Shown here piece after piece: positions 8,278-17,296 of a stretch of DNA of 32,000 nucleotides. Under the pieces are notes generated by a model that was not told the DNA's origin, searched no databases, and saw only the letters and a program-made list of their open reading frames with translations. How positions within the stretch are numbered: the stretch's first letter is position 1; every line of letters begins with the position of its first letter. This DNA comes from Carboxylicivirga litoralis (lineage in GTDB: Bacteria > Bacteroidota > Bacteroidia > Bacteroidales > Marinilabiliaceae): assembly GCF_025499605.1 (NCBI RefSeq), contig NZ_JAFMVC010000016.1, positions 48,976 through 80,975 of the forward strand, read 5' to 3'. The translations under genes and the position numbers were made by a program.

Positions 8278-9042
8278 ATGAAGAGAATTATTTTAGCGAA
8301 AGGCCATGAGAAACATCGGGCATTTATCGAAAATATGGAAGAGAGCTTTCAAAAGGATGGGGAGTGGATTCGTGATTCGCGCAATCAGATAAAACGAATT
8401 GAGAATGCTGGAACAGACCTATGTATTAAATCATTCCGTCGAGTAACGCCTTTTAATCGACTGATGTACTCTTTTATTCGCAAGTCAAAGGCACAGCGTT
8501 CTTTTGAAATTGCGGAATCTTTGCTAGAAAAAAATATCAATACACCCGAACCAATTGCATATGTAGAAATTTATAACCGCTGGCATGTCCTTACACATGC
8601 TTACTATATCAGCAAATTCGAAGATGTGGAGTTCCGTTTGGCAGAGGTGTTGGAAAACGATGTGGAAGATAAACAGCTAATCGTGCGTGGTTTTGTTAAT
8701 TTTATGACCAATGGTTTGCATTCACAGGGTATTTATCACAAAGATTTTAATGGAACTAACGTGTTGATAAAAAAGGTTGGTGATAGGCATTTTGAATATA
8801 GTTTGGTTGATTTAAATCGTATTAAACTTGGCAAGCCAATTCAATATCATAAAGGCTTGCGGAATATGCAACAGGTTAGCTCTAACCCAATTTATCTGGC
8901 TGAACTGGCCCGATACTACGCCAATTACAAAAACAAAGATGAGCATGAAACCATTTATGAGCTATTGTTTGTGAGGTATATATCCAGCACTCGCCGACGC
9001 TATACCAAACAGTTTTTACACGCTCTCAAAACTATTCTCTAA
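8278..9042 (+). CDS. Lipopolysaccharide kinase (Kdo/WaaP/InaA) family protein, protein-kinase-like fold
   Basis: 254 aa. Catalytic-loop-like 'YHKDFNGTNVLI' (HxDxxxxN) is followed by 'LVDLNRIK' (metal-binding Asp position). Size and layout fit the small LPS/Kdo kinase family. The substrate cannot be inferred. Confidence 0.6.
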   Translation: MKRIILAKGHEKHRAFIENMEESFQKDGEWIRDSRNQIKRIENAGTDLCIKSFRRVTPFNRLMYSFIRKSKAQRSFEIAESLLEKNINTPEPIAYVEIYNRWHVLTHAYYISKFEDVEFRLAEVLENDVEDKQLIVRGFVNFMTNGLHSQGIYHKDFNGTNVLIKKVGDRHFEYSLVDLNRIKLGKPIQYHKGLRNMQQVSSNPIYLAELARYYANYKNKDEHETIYELLFVRYISSTRRRYTKQFLHALKTIL

Positions 9043-9102
9043 TTATACAACAAATGTAAGTGCTTAATTACAAATGTTACAAGAATCAAAAGTGATTCAA
9101 AA

Positions 9103-9128
9103 AAAGGCTTCTCATCTGAGAAGCCTTT
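9103..9128. terminator. Bidirectional rho-independent terminator between the convergent kinase-family gene and pruA
   Basis: Perfect 12-nt arms, AAAGGCTTCTCA (9103-9114) and TGAGAAGCCTTT (9117-9128). An A-run lies upstream (a T-run on the minus strand) and T-rich sequence lies downstream. Confidence 0.7.
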
Positions 9129-9141
9129 CTTATATTCTAAT

Positions 9142-9159
9142 CCCCGATAGCTATCGGGG
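9142..9159. repeat. Perfect 18-bp palindrome CCCCGATAG/CTATCGGGG just downstream of the pruA stop
   Basis: Read directly. GCTATCG recurs immediately after it (9159-9165). It may be an extra stem-loop in the pruA 3' UTR. Confidence 0.4.
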
Positions 9160-9181
9160 CTATCGTTCTGTTATTAAAGAC

Positions 9182-10810
9182 CTATTCCGCTAAGAATGGG
9201 TATTTGAAATCGTGCGGCGGAACAAAGTTTTCCTTAATGGTACGTGGGCTAACCCAGCGCATTAAGTTAATTGCCGAACCTGCTTTATCGTTCGTGCCCG
9301 AACCGCGCGAACCACCAAATGGTTGCTGGCCAACAACGGCACCTGTTGGTTTGTCGTTGATATAGAAGTTACCAGCTGTGTCAACCAAGCGCTTAGTCGC
9401 CTGCTCAATAATGTAACGATCCTGAGCGAAGATACAGCCAGTTAATGCATACATCGAAGTTGAATCAAGGATATCCATTGCTTCTTCAAACTTGTTATCG
9501 TCGTATACGTAAATAGTCAAAACAGGGCCAAACAACTCTTCTTCCATGGTGCGATACTTAGGATTGGTTGTTTGGATAATGGTTGGCTCAATAAAATAAC
9601 CTACCGACTTATCGTGTCCACCACCTATAATCACTTCTGCTTCTTTACTTTCTTTAGCTTCGTCAATAGCACCCGCTAATAAGTCGAATGAAGTCTCGTC
9701 GATAACAGCATTTACAAAGTTGCTGAAATCTTCAGGAGGCCCCATTTTCACTTCTTTCATCTGCTCTTTTACATAGCCAAATATTTCGTCCCAGCGATTA
9801 GCTGGCATATAAGCGCGCGAAGCAGCAGAACACTTTTGTCCCTGGTATTCAAAAGCACCGCGAACAATAGCGGTAGCCACACCTTTGGCATCACATGATT
9901 TGTGTGCCAAAATGTAATCTTTACCGCCAGTTTCACCAACGATACGTGGATACGTCTTATATTTTTCAATATTATCACCAATGGCTTTCCATGTGCTTTG
10001 GAATACACCTGTAGAACCGGTAAAGTGGAAACCTGCAAAATCAGGGTGAGAGAAAATTTCTTTAGCTGCCACAGGACCCGAAGCATAAACTAAGTTGATA
10101 ACACCATCAGGTACACCAGCTTCTTTAAATAATTTCATCAAGAAATAAGCAGAGTAAACAGCTGTTTTCGATGGTTTCCAAACAGTAACGTTACCCATCA
10201 TGGCAGGTGCTGTTTGAAGGTTACCCGCGATAGAAGTGAAGTTAAATGGCGTTAAGGCAAATACGAATCCTTCTAGCGGACGATATTCTACACGATCCCA
10301 GATACCAGGAGCTGACTCAGGCTGACCAGCATAGATTTCGGTCATGTACTGTACGTTGAAACGGAAGAAATCAGCTAACTCACAAGCTGAATCAATCTCG
10401 GCCTGGAAAGCATTCTTTGACTGACCTAACATGGTGGCGGCGTTAATTAACTGGCGATAAGGGCCAGCTAATAAATCAGCTGCTTTCAAGAAAATAGAGG
10501 CACGGTGCTCCCAACTAAGGTTAACCCATTGCTCACGTGCTTTCAAAGCAGCGTCAATAGCCATGTGTACGTGCGTTTCATCACCTTGGTGGTAATGACC
10601 TAATGTATGTGCGATTTCGTGAGGCGGATGAATTCGCTTTTTATTACCGGTTCTGATTTCTTCACCACCAATAAACATGGGGATGTCCAGCTCTTCAGAA
10701 CGAAGCTTATTTAACATTTCCTTTAGCTCGGCACGTTCAGGTGTTCCTGGTGCGTAGCTTTTAATTGGCTCATTAACAGCCGGCGGCACATTAAAAATTC
10801 CTTTTGGCAT
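9182..10810 (-). CDS. pruA: L-glutamate gamma-semialdehyde (1-pyrroline-5-carboxylate) dehydrogenase
   Basis: 542 aa. The N-terminus 'MPKGIFNVPPAVNEPIKSYAPGTPERAELK' is typical of the PruA type. Aldehyde-dehydrogenase motifs are present: 'VGETGGKD' (catalytic Glu region) and 'QGQKCSAASR' (catalytic Cys). Confidence 0.92.
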   Translation of the reverse strand: MPKGIFNVPPAVNEPIKSYAPGTPERAELKEMLNKLRSEELDIPMFIGGEEIRTGNKKRIHPPHEIAHTLGHYHQGDETHVHMAIDAALKAREQWVNLSWEHRASIFLKAADLLAGPYRQLINAATMLGQSKNAFQAEIDSACELADFFRFNVQYMTEIYAGQPESAPGIWDRVEYRPLEGFVFALTPFNFTSIAGNLQTAPAMMGNVTVWKPSKTAVYSAYFLMKLFKEAGVPDGVINLVYASGPVAAKEIFSHPDFAGFHFTGSTGVFQSTWKAIGDNIEKYKTYPRIVGETGGKDYILAHKSCDAKGVATAIVRGAFEYQGQKCSAASRAYMPANRWDEIFGYVKEQMKEVKMGPPEDFSNFVNAVIDETSFDLLAGAIDEAKESKEAEVIIGGGHDKSVGYFIEPTIIQTTNPKYRTMEEELFGPVLTIYVYDDNKFEEAMDILDSTSMYALTGCIFAQDRYIIEQATKRLVDTAGNFYINDKPTGAVVGQQPFGGSRGSGTNDKAGSAINLMRWVSPRTIKENFVPPHDFKYPFLAE

Positions 10811-10890
10811 AGATTTTATTTTTTTTGGTTTATTACTTAGTCAAACCTGACTTTAGTTATTGGATATTCATCCAAATCATCTGATAAAAA

Positions 10891-10898
10891 CAAATCTA
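10891..10898 (-). promoter_or_regulatory. Candidate -7 box (TAgaTTTG on the minus strand) for pruA
   Basis: The plus strand reads CAAATCTA, the reverse complement of TAnnTTTG, about 81 nt upstream of the pruA ATG (10810). Confidence 0.25.
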
Positions 10899-11207
10899 TG
10901 AAATAAAAAAGCCGATGTACATGAAATATGTCAGGGTTTGAAATGAATTTGAATAATAATCACCGGGATTCGGAGTTGAAAATTTTCACGTATGGTACAG
11001 AACAAAGGTGGTGGACTTGATTCTTAGGTATTTTATAACAACTCTTAATTTGTTTTTTTTTTGTGCTAAACTGCAAATGCTTTTTCACCTTTCAAAAAAG
11101 GGTATACCAGACAAAGGAAAGGGGAGAGCAGTTTGTTTCTTGGTTTTTCTAAGCAATATGTTAAAAGTAAATTATGTGCCCTTCCACTAAGCTCCAGACA
11201 TAAGCTT

Positions 11208-12551
11208 TTATTTTCCGCTTACGGCATACTTCAGTGAATTAGAGATGTTTACTCCTATCAATCGCTCGTAGTTGTCACTCACGCTTTGGTAATACACATA
11301 GATGATATAGTCGTTTTCGCTTTGTCCAAAATTACCTTCAAAGCGCTCCACTTCGGCTTGTTGATAGTTGTTTTCCAAAAAATGATATTGGTAATTGTAA
11401 AAGCCCTGTTTCAATAGCATGGTTAATTCGTAGGTGTGGGTGTTAAAATTATATTCCATGCGGTTGTTGTCGTTCAGCTGCCAGTCGTTTAAACCGCCAG
11501 TGACATAGATATGGCCGTCTACATATGGCGCCTGCACTGGTAATTTAAAATGAACATATACATAATCGGCTTCAATAATCGGGTCGCGATTTTCTTTTAC
11601 TTCGATGTAATATTTACCATTAAAATCTTCGCGGTAGAAATAGGGTTTCCGGCTGAGTAATTTATCGGGGAATAAGGTAAAATGATAATGCGGATCAAAA
11701 AAGTTGATGGATTGCACATGCTCCGGGGCAAAGCGTGTGCTTCTGATGTCGAGCCAGCGATATTCGTTGCCACCGTCGAACAGGTTTTCGCGGTTATAAG
11801 AGTATTCCAATTCTTCGTTACGGATAAACAACGGTTTTAAGTCATCAATCTGGTTATCCCAGCGGCCATTTTGTTGTAACACCACTTTTAACTCATCGCG
11901 TGGGTTGTTAATTCTGAAGTTAGGGTGCTGAACGGTAAAATTCACCTCTTGCATCGACTCCCTGAAATTAGCGTTGGACGTGTACTTAATACGTGGAAAA
12001 ATGCTCACCATCTGCTCAGTCACATAAAATGGACGCACCAAAACCGGGTTATCTTCATCGCCCAATTCAAACACTTTAATAAGGTAATTGCCCGATAGTT
12101 TTAAGCGAATATCGTCGTTGGGAAAATCCAGCGTGTAATGAATATAGTCGAAAGTGGTGTTAAACGAATACTGGTAGTCTTGTATGGCATTGGGCATAAA
12201 ACCATCCACATATTCGGTTTGCATCAAATTAGATTCTTCCCAGTTCGAATTGCAATGAATAATGCTGTATTGATAATTTTTGGAATCATAGGCAAAGTCA
12301 TCAAACTCCAATGTCAGTTGCTCTTGCGGATAAAGGTTAATGATAGGGTAGGACATGTTCCACCCCTTTTTATAAAGTTGAACGGTTTTAATGCTTGATG
12401 CTGTTTGTACAGGATTATTAGCAATAATTAATACCGAATAGCTGATGAATAGCATGAAAAGCACTTGAAACTTAAGCGTTTTACGAGCAATATGTGATTG
12501 TATATGTTCTTGTGAAATATCTAGATAGTTAAATTTATTAAAATAAAGCAT
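11208..12551 (-). CDS. DUF5103-type protein (T9SS translocon 'plug'-protein family)
   Basis: 447 aa with an N-terminal signal/anchor. The blocks 'IKTVQLYKKGW..YPIINL...LEFDD', 'YQYSIIHCNSNWEES.L...EYVDGF', 'SGNYLIKVF' and 'FDGGNEYRWLDIRS' match my recollection of the DUF5103 (T9SS_plug) family. Not verified by search. Confidence 0.6.
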   Translation of the reverse strand: MLYFNKFNYLDISQEHIQSHIARKTLKFQVLFMLFISYSVLIIANNPVQTASSIKTVQLYKKGWNMSYPIINLYPQEQLTLEFDDFAYDSKNYQYSIIHCNSNWEESNLMQTEYVDGFMPNAIQDYQYSFNTTFDYIHYTLDFPNDDIRLKLSGNYLIKVFELGDEDNPVLVRPFYVTEQMVSIFPRIKYTSNANFRESMQEVNFTVQHPNFRINNPRDELKVVLQQNGRWDNQIDDLKPLFIRNEELEYSYNRENLFDGGNEYRWLDIRSTRFAPEHVQSINFFDPHYHFTLFPDKLLSRKPYFYREDFNGKYYIEVKENRDPIIEADYVYVHFKLPVQAPYVDGHIYVTGGLNDWQLNDNNRMEYNFNTHTYELTMLLKQGFYNYQYHFLENNYQQAEVERFEGNFGQSENDYIIYVYYQSVSDNYERLIGVNISNSLKYAVSGK

Positions 12552-12603
12552 GTCTTTTCAAGTTTTGCAAACGCAATATATATGGATTAGTGATAAATTT
12601 ATG

Positions 12604-12611
12604 TACTTTTG
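12604..12611 (+). promoter_or_regulatory. Candidate -7 box (TActTTTG) for the nqr operon
   Basis: Exact TAnnTTTG, 32 nt upstream of the nqrA ATG (12643). No canonical -33 at the expected distance. Confidence 0.3.
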
Positions 12612-12642
12612 CGCGTAAAAATAAAAAAACCGTTTTTCAAAC

Positions 12643-13992
12643 ATGTCAGAGGTAATAAAAATCAAAAAAGGTCTTGATATCCAACTTGCCGGCAAAGCCG
12701 ACAAAGTTTTTGGACAGGCTGAATTACCCGAGCTATTTGCAGTGAAACCAACCGATTTTCATGGTGTGGTACCTAAAATGGTTGCAAAAGTTGGGGACAA
12801 GGTGAAAGCGGGTACAGTTTTATTTTTCGACAAGAATCGTCCTGAAGTAAAATTTGTGTCTCCGGTAAGTGGAGAGTTGGCTGCGGTTAACCGTGGCGAG
12901 CGCCGTAAAATCCTTGAAGTAGTCGTAAAGGCTGATGGTTCAGATGAGAAAGAGTCGTTTGAAACCGCTAAGCCAGCAGACCTATCAAAAGAACAAATTG
13001 TTGAAAAATTGCAGGCAGCAGGTTTGTGGCCGTTCATTCGCAAGCGTCCTTATGACGTGATTGCAGATGCTAATGAAACGCCCAAAGCCTTCTTCATCTC
13101 TGGTTTCGATACTGCTCCTTTAGCACCGGATATGGATTTTGTCCTTTCGGGTCAGGAGGAAGCTTTACAAGCTGGTATTGATGCGATCAGACAATTGTGC
13201 GACAATGTGCATGTAGGAGTTCAGCACGATGCTGCTTCAAAAGTTTTCAACAACTTAAATGGTGTAACAGTACACGCATTCAATGGCCCACACCCGGCTG
13301 GTAATGTTGGTATTCAAATTCACCACACCATGCCTATTAACAAAGGCGAGGTAGTTTGGGTTGCTCAGCCGCAGGAAATTGTTGCTATTGGTAAATTATT
13401 TACTGAAGGTATTTATGATGCTAACCGCATTGCAGTATTGGCCGGTAGCGAAGTGGAAAAGAAAGGGTATTACCGCACAAAAGTTGGCGCCAGCATCTCT
13501 ACATTGGTGAAAAACAATGTTAAAACAGACGATAACCTACGTTATATCAGTGGTAATGTACTAACCGGAACACACATTGAAGAAGATGGTTACTTGGGTG
13601 CTTACCATTCACAAGTAACCGTTATCCCTGAAGGTGATTATTATGAGTTTATGGGATGGGCAATGCCTGGTTTCGGTAAATTCAGTCTGTCACGTTCATT
13701 CTATAGCTGGATGTGTAAAAAGAAAGAATACCGCTTAGATGCTAACATGCATGGAGGCCTGCGTTCTTTTGTTGTATCAGGTGAATACGATAAAGTATTA
13801 CCAATGGATATCCTCCCTGAATTTTTATTCAGAGCTATTTTAGTTGAAGATATCGATAAGATGGAGCAATTGGGTATTTATGAATTGGCCGAAGAAGACA
13901 TCGCTCTTTGTGAGTTTGCATGTACTTCAAAGCAGCCACTTCAGGCAATATTGCGTAAGGGTATTGATTTAATGATTAAAGAGTTAAGCTAG
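12643..13992 (+). CDS. nqrA: Na+-translocating NADH:quinone oxidoreductase subunit A
   Basis: 449 aa. The N-terminus 'IKIKKGLDIQLAGKA' and overall similarity are typical of NqrA. It is the first gene of a co-linear nqrABCDEF cluster. Confidence 0.95.
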   Translation: MSEVIKIKKGLDIQLAGKADKVFGQAELPELFAVKPTDFHGVVPKMVAKVGDKVKAGTVLFFDKNRPEVKFVSPVSGELAAVNRGERRKILEVVVKADGSDEKESFETAKPADLSKEQIVEKLQAAGLWPFIRKRPYDVIADANETPKAFFISGFDTAPLAPDMDFVLSGQEEALQAGIDAIRQLCDNVHVGVQHDAASKVFNNLNGVTVHAFNGPHPAGNVGIQIHHTMPINKGEVVWVAQPQEIVAIGKLFTEGIYDANRIAVLAGSEVEKKGYYRTKVGASISTLVKNNVKTDDNLRYISGNVLTGTHIEEDGYLGAYHSQVTVIPEGDYYEFMGWAMPGFGKFSLSRSFYSWMCKKKEYRLDANMHGGLRSFVVSGEYDKVLPMDILPEFLFRAILVEDIDKMEQLGIYELAEEDIALCEFACTSKQPLQAILRKGIDLMIKELS

Positions 13993-14007
13993 TCGGTAGT
14001 CGAAAGA

Positions 14008-14040
14008 CAGTAGTGAGTAGTTAAATATTACTGACCACTG
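14008..14040 (+). other. Imperfect stem-loop in the nqrA-nqrB spacer
   Basis: CAGTAGTGAGTAGT (14008-14021) pairs with ATTACTGACCACTG (14027-14040) at 12 of 14 positions, one of them G-U. The loop is TAAAT. No T-run follows, so it is not a canonical terminator. Confidence 0.4.
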
Positions 14041-14066
14041 ACTAATAACTATAAAACTATAGTACA

Positions 14067-15242
14067 TTGAAAGCGTTAAGAAATTTATTTGATAACATCA
14101 AACCTCACGTTCAGAAGGGCGCGAAGTTTGAGAAACTTCATTCGACCTACGATGCGCTGGAAACCTTATTCTTTGTTCCGAATACAACGAACAAAAACGG
14201 GGTTCACGTGCGTGACGCGGTTGATTTGAAGCGTACCATGGCAATTGTTGTGAAGGCATTAATTCCGGCATTGCTATTTGGTATTTGGAATACAGGCTAT
14301 CAGCACTTTTTATCTTTAGGTGTTGATGCATCATTCTGGGAAATGATTGGACACGGAGCCTTAAAAGTATTGCCTATCGTTATTGTATCATACGGTGTTG
14401 GTTTGGGTATTGAGTTTATGTTTGCTCAAATACGTGGCCACGAGGTGCAGGAAGGTTTTCTTGTATCGGGTATGTTAATTCCTTTGGTATTACCAGTTGA
14501 TATTCCACTTTGGATGGTTGCTGTTGCAACTGCTTTTGCCGTAGTAATCGGTAAAGAGGTATTCGGTGGAACTGGTATGAACATCTGGAACCCGGCCTTG
14601 GTAGCACGTGCCTTTCTATTCTTTGCTTACCCTTCAAAAATGTCGGGTGACAAAGTGTGGGTGTCAGGTTTATCTAAAGGCGAAGGCATTGTAGATGGTT
14701 TCTCGGGAGCGACTGCTCTTGGTGATGCAGCCAGCGGTAACATGGCAAAATTTGCCGACGGTGGTGCCTTCGATATTTGGCATAGCTTTGTTGGTATGAT
14801 TCCTGGCTCAATAGGTGAAACATCAACCTTGGCTATCTTAATTGGTGCCATCATCCTTATCTATACAGGTATTGGAAACTGGAAAATTATGACTTCTGTA
14901 TTTGCAGGTGGTTACATTATGGGATTATTATTCAACCTGTGGGGGGCCAACGAATTAATGCAGGTAGATGCCGTTCATCACTTATTATTAGGTGGTTTTG
15001 CCTTTGGTGCTGTGTTTATGGCTACTGACCCGGTGTCGGCTACCCGTACTGAAAAAGGTAAGTGGATTTACGGATTCCTGATTGGTATGTTAGCCATCAT
15101 GGTTCGTGTATTTAACCCGGCTTACCCGGAAGGTGTTATGTTGGCCATCTTATTGATGAACACATTTGCACCACTGATTGACCACTATGTGGTACAAGGA
15201 AATATCAAACGTCGTTTAAAAAGAGCTAAAGTAGCTGCCTAA
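14067..15242 (+). CDS. nqrB: Na+-NQR subunit B (TTG start)
   Basis: Aligns from residue 1 with the known NqrB N-terminus pattern (MKALRNLFDNIKPH..G.K.EK....YDA.ETLFF.P). The covalent-FMN motif S-G-A-T is at aa 213-216 (Thr216 codon 14712-14714). The start codon at 14067 is TTG. Confidence 0.95.
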   Translation: MKALRNLFDNIKPHVQKGAKFEKLHSTYDALETLFFVPNTTNKNGVHVRDAVDLKRTMAIVVKALIPALLFGIWNTGYQHFLSLGVDASFWEMIGHGALKVLPIVIVSYGVGLGIEFMFAQIRGHEVQEGFLVSGMLIPLVLPVDIPLWMVAVATAFAVVIGKEVFGGTGMNIWNPALVARAFLFFAYPSKMSGDKVWVSGLSKGEGIVDGFSGATALGDAASGNMAKFADGGAFDIWHSFVGMIPGSIGETSTLAILIGAIILIYTGIGNWKIMTSVFAGGYIMGLLFNLWGANELMQVDAVHHLLLGGFAFGAVFMATDPVSATRTEKGKWIYGFLIGMLAIMVRVFNPAYPEGVMLAILLMNTFAPLIDHYVVQGNIKRRLKRAKVAA

Positions 15243-15254
15243 ATAATTAGTAAA

Positions 15255-15950
15255 ATGGATAGACAAGGAAATACATATACGTTTCTGTACGCATCTGTTA
15301 TGGTGATTGTGGTAGCGGCCATTTTGGCTTTCTTAGCACAATCGTTAAAACCTTTTCAAGATGAAAATGCGGCTGTTGCCAAAAAAATGGACATCCTGAA
15401 GTCGGTACAGATTGAGAGTACAGCAGCTGATGCTGAAGAGAAATATGAGAATTACATTGGTGAAAATGCTTTTGTCATTAACGTTAATGGAGAAAAGGTG
15501 GAAGGTGATGCCTTTACTGTTGACATGGCAAAAGAAGTTAAGAAAACCGGTTTGGATCGAGCTTACCCTATTTATATGTGTAAGTTGGATAATGGTCAAA
15601 CCAAGTACATTATTCCATTGCGTGGAAAGGGACTTTGGGGCCCAATTTGGGGTTATGTGTCTTTAGACGAGGACAAGAACACCGTTTATGGTGCTACTTT
15701 TGGTCATAAAGGTGAAACGCCAGGGTTAGGGGCTGAAATTACAACTGACATGTTCCAAAAGCCTTTTACCGGCAAGCAATTATTTGACCAAAGCGGTGCT
15801 TTCTCCTCTATTGAAGTGGTGAAAAAAGGACAGTCGCAGGGCGACCTTCACAAAGTAGACGGTATCTCAGGTGGTACGATTACCAGTGTGGGTGTAGGTA
15901 CTATGTTGAAAGACTGCCTGACAGGTTATGAAAAGTTTTTAAAGAACTAA
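15255..15950 (+). CDS. nqrC: Na+-NQR subunit C
   Basis: 231 aa with a single N-terminal TM. The FMN-attachment motif 'DGISGGTITS' has its Thr208 codon at 15876-15878. Confidence 0.95.
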   Translation: MDRQGNTYTFLYASVMVIVVAAILAFLAQSLKPFQDENAAVAKKMDILKSVQIESTAADAEEKYENYIGENAFVINVNGEKVEGDAFTVDMAKEVKKTGLDRAYPIYMCKLDNGQTKYIIPLRGKGLWGPIWGYVSLDEDKNTVYGATFGHKGETPGLGAEITTDMFQKPFTGKQLFDQSGAFSSIEVVKKGQSQGDLHKVDGISGGTITSVGVGTMLKDCLTGYEKFLKN

Positions 15951-15956
15951 AATATT

Positions 15957-16622
15957 GTGACGATGAGTAGTGAAAAAGAAGCATTGTTTTCAGCTAAGAA
16001 TTTGAAGCTGATAACAACTCCTCTGGGAGCACAAAACCCCATTACCATACAGGTGCTGGGTATCTGTTCTGCTTTGGCGGTGACAGTTAAATTGGAGCCG
16101 GCAATTGTATTGTCCATCTCTGTAACGTTTGTAACAGTATTCTCAAACCTAATTATATCGTTGTTGCGTAATACCATTCCTTCACGTATTCGTATTATTG
16201 TGCAGTTGGTGGTTGTAGCATCGTTGGTAATTATTGTTGACCAGGTATTAAAAGCCTTTGCCTATGAGGTGAGTTTGCAGCTCTCGGTGTTTGTAGGGCT
16301 CATTATTACCAACTGTATCATCATGGGACGCCTCGAAGCTTTTGCTTTGGGTAACAAACCGTGGCCTTCAGTATTGGATGGTATTGGTAATGGAGCCGGT
16401 TATGGTTTTATTCTGATTGTAGTCGCTTTCTTCCGCGAATTGTTAGGAACAGGCTTCCTGACTTTACCAGGTATTGGCGCTATGCAGATTATACCTGATG
16501 TTTTCTATGAATGGGGATATGCCAACAACGGTTTTATGATTTTGCCTCCAATGGCTTTGGTTGTGGTAGGTATCATCATCTGGGTACAGCGTTCACGTAA
16601 TAAAGATTTGATAGAATCGTAA
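15957..16622 (+). CDS. nqrD: Na+-NQR subunit D
   Basis: Strong similarity to NqrD throughout (NPI.IQVLGICSALAVT.KLE..., SVFVGLIITNCI.MGR.EAFA, GIGNG.GYGF). The ORF-track start is a GTG at 15957. The ATG at 15963 (MSSEKE...) is an equally plausible start. Confidence 0.95.
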   Translation: MTMSSEKEALFSAKNLKLITTPLGAQNPITIQVLGICSALAVTVKLEPAIVLSISVTFVTVFSNLIISLLRNTIPSRIRIIVQLVVVASLVIIVDQVLKAFAYEVSLQLSVFVGLIITNCIIMGRLEAFALGNKPWPSVLDGIGNGAGYGFILIVVAFFRELLGTGFLTLPGIGAMQIIPDVFYEWGYANNGFMILPPMALVVVGIIIWVQRSRNKDLIES

Positions 16623-16640
16623 TTGTAAAAAAGAAGAAAA

Positions 16641-17276
16641 ATGGATTATATAAATATATTTATCCGGTCAATCTTTATTGATAACATGGTATTTGCATAT
16701 TTCTTCGGAATGTGTTCATACCTGGCAGTATCAAAAACCGTGAATACGTCTTTCGGTCTTGGATTGGCTGTGACTTTTGTTCTAAGTATTACCGTGCCGG
16801 TTAACTACCTGCTTAACGACTATGTATTAAGTGAAGGTGCTTTGGTATGGTTAGATAATTTATTAGGTGTTCAGGAACCGCTTTTTGCGGAGTTTGACCT
16901 GAGCTTCTTAAGCTTTATCATGTTTATTGCTGTTATCGCATCGATGGTGCAGTTGGTAGAGATGATTGTTGAGAAGTTCGCACCTGCTCTTTACTCACAA
17001 CTGGGTATCTTCTTACCGCTTATTGCTGTAAACTGTGCCATCTTAGGTGGTTCATTATTTATGCAGGAGCGCGAGTATGCCAACCTTGGCGAAGCAACCG
17101 TATTTGGCGTTGGTTCGGGTATTGGTTGGTTATTGGCCATCGTTGGTATTGCTGCCATCCGCGAAAAGATTCAGTATTCAGACATACCTGCTCCATTGCG
17201 TGGCTTAGGTATTACTTTTATTGTAACCGGATTGATGGGTGTCGCATTTATGAGTTTCATGGGAATTCAGTTGTAA
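16641..17276 (+). CDS. nqrE: Na+-NQR subunit E
   Basis: 211 aa with 'SIFI.NM....F.GMC..LAVSK.V.TSFGLG.AV', '[15 protein letters not shown]' and '[17 protein letters not shown]' as in NqrE. Confidence 0.95.
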   Translation: MDYINIFIRSIFIDNMVFAYFFGMCSYLAVSKTVNTSFGLGLAVTFVLSITVPVNYLLNDYVLSEGALVWLDNLLGVQEPLFAEFDLSFLSFIMFIAVIASMVQLVEMIVEKFAPALYSQLGIFLPLIAVNCAILGGSLFMQEREYANLGEATVFGVGSGIGWLLAIVGIAAIREKIQYSDIPAPLRGLGITFIVTGLMGVAFMSFMGIQL

Positions 17277-17296
17277 AAAAGTAAAACGAATTAAAA

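Noticed and set aside
9769-10093. ORFs 9769-10086 (-) and 9902-10093 (+) inside pruA
   Set aside because: They are in alternative frames of a highly conserved aldehyde dehydrogenase gene and show no independent signal.
11008-11190. 60-aa plus-strand ORF in the pruA-upstream gap
   Set aside because: It has a GTG start, Phe/Leu-rich low-complexity sequence and opposite orientation to both neighbours, and I saw no promoter-like context. It is probably not coding. The gap itself is kept as a low-interest finding.
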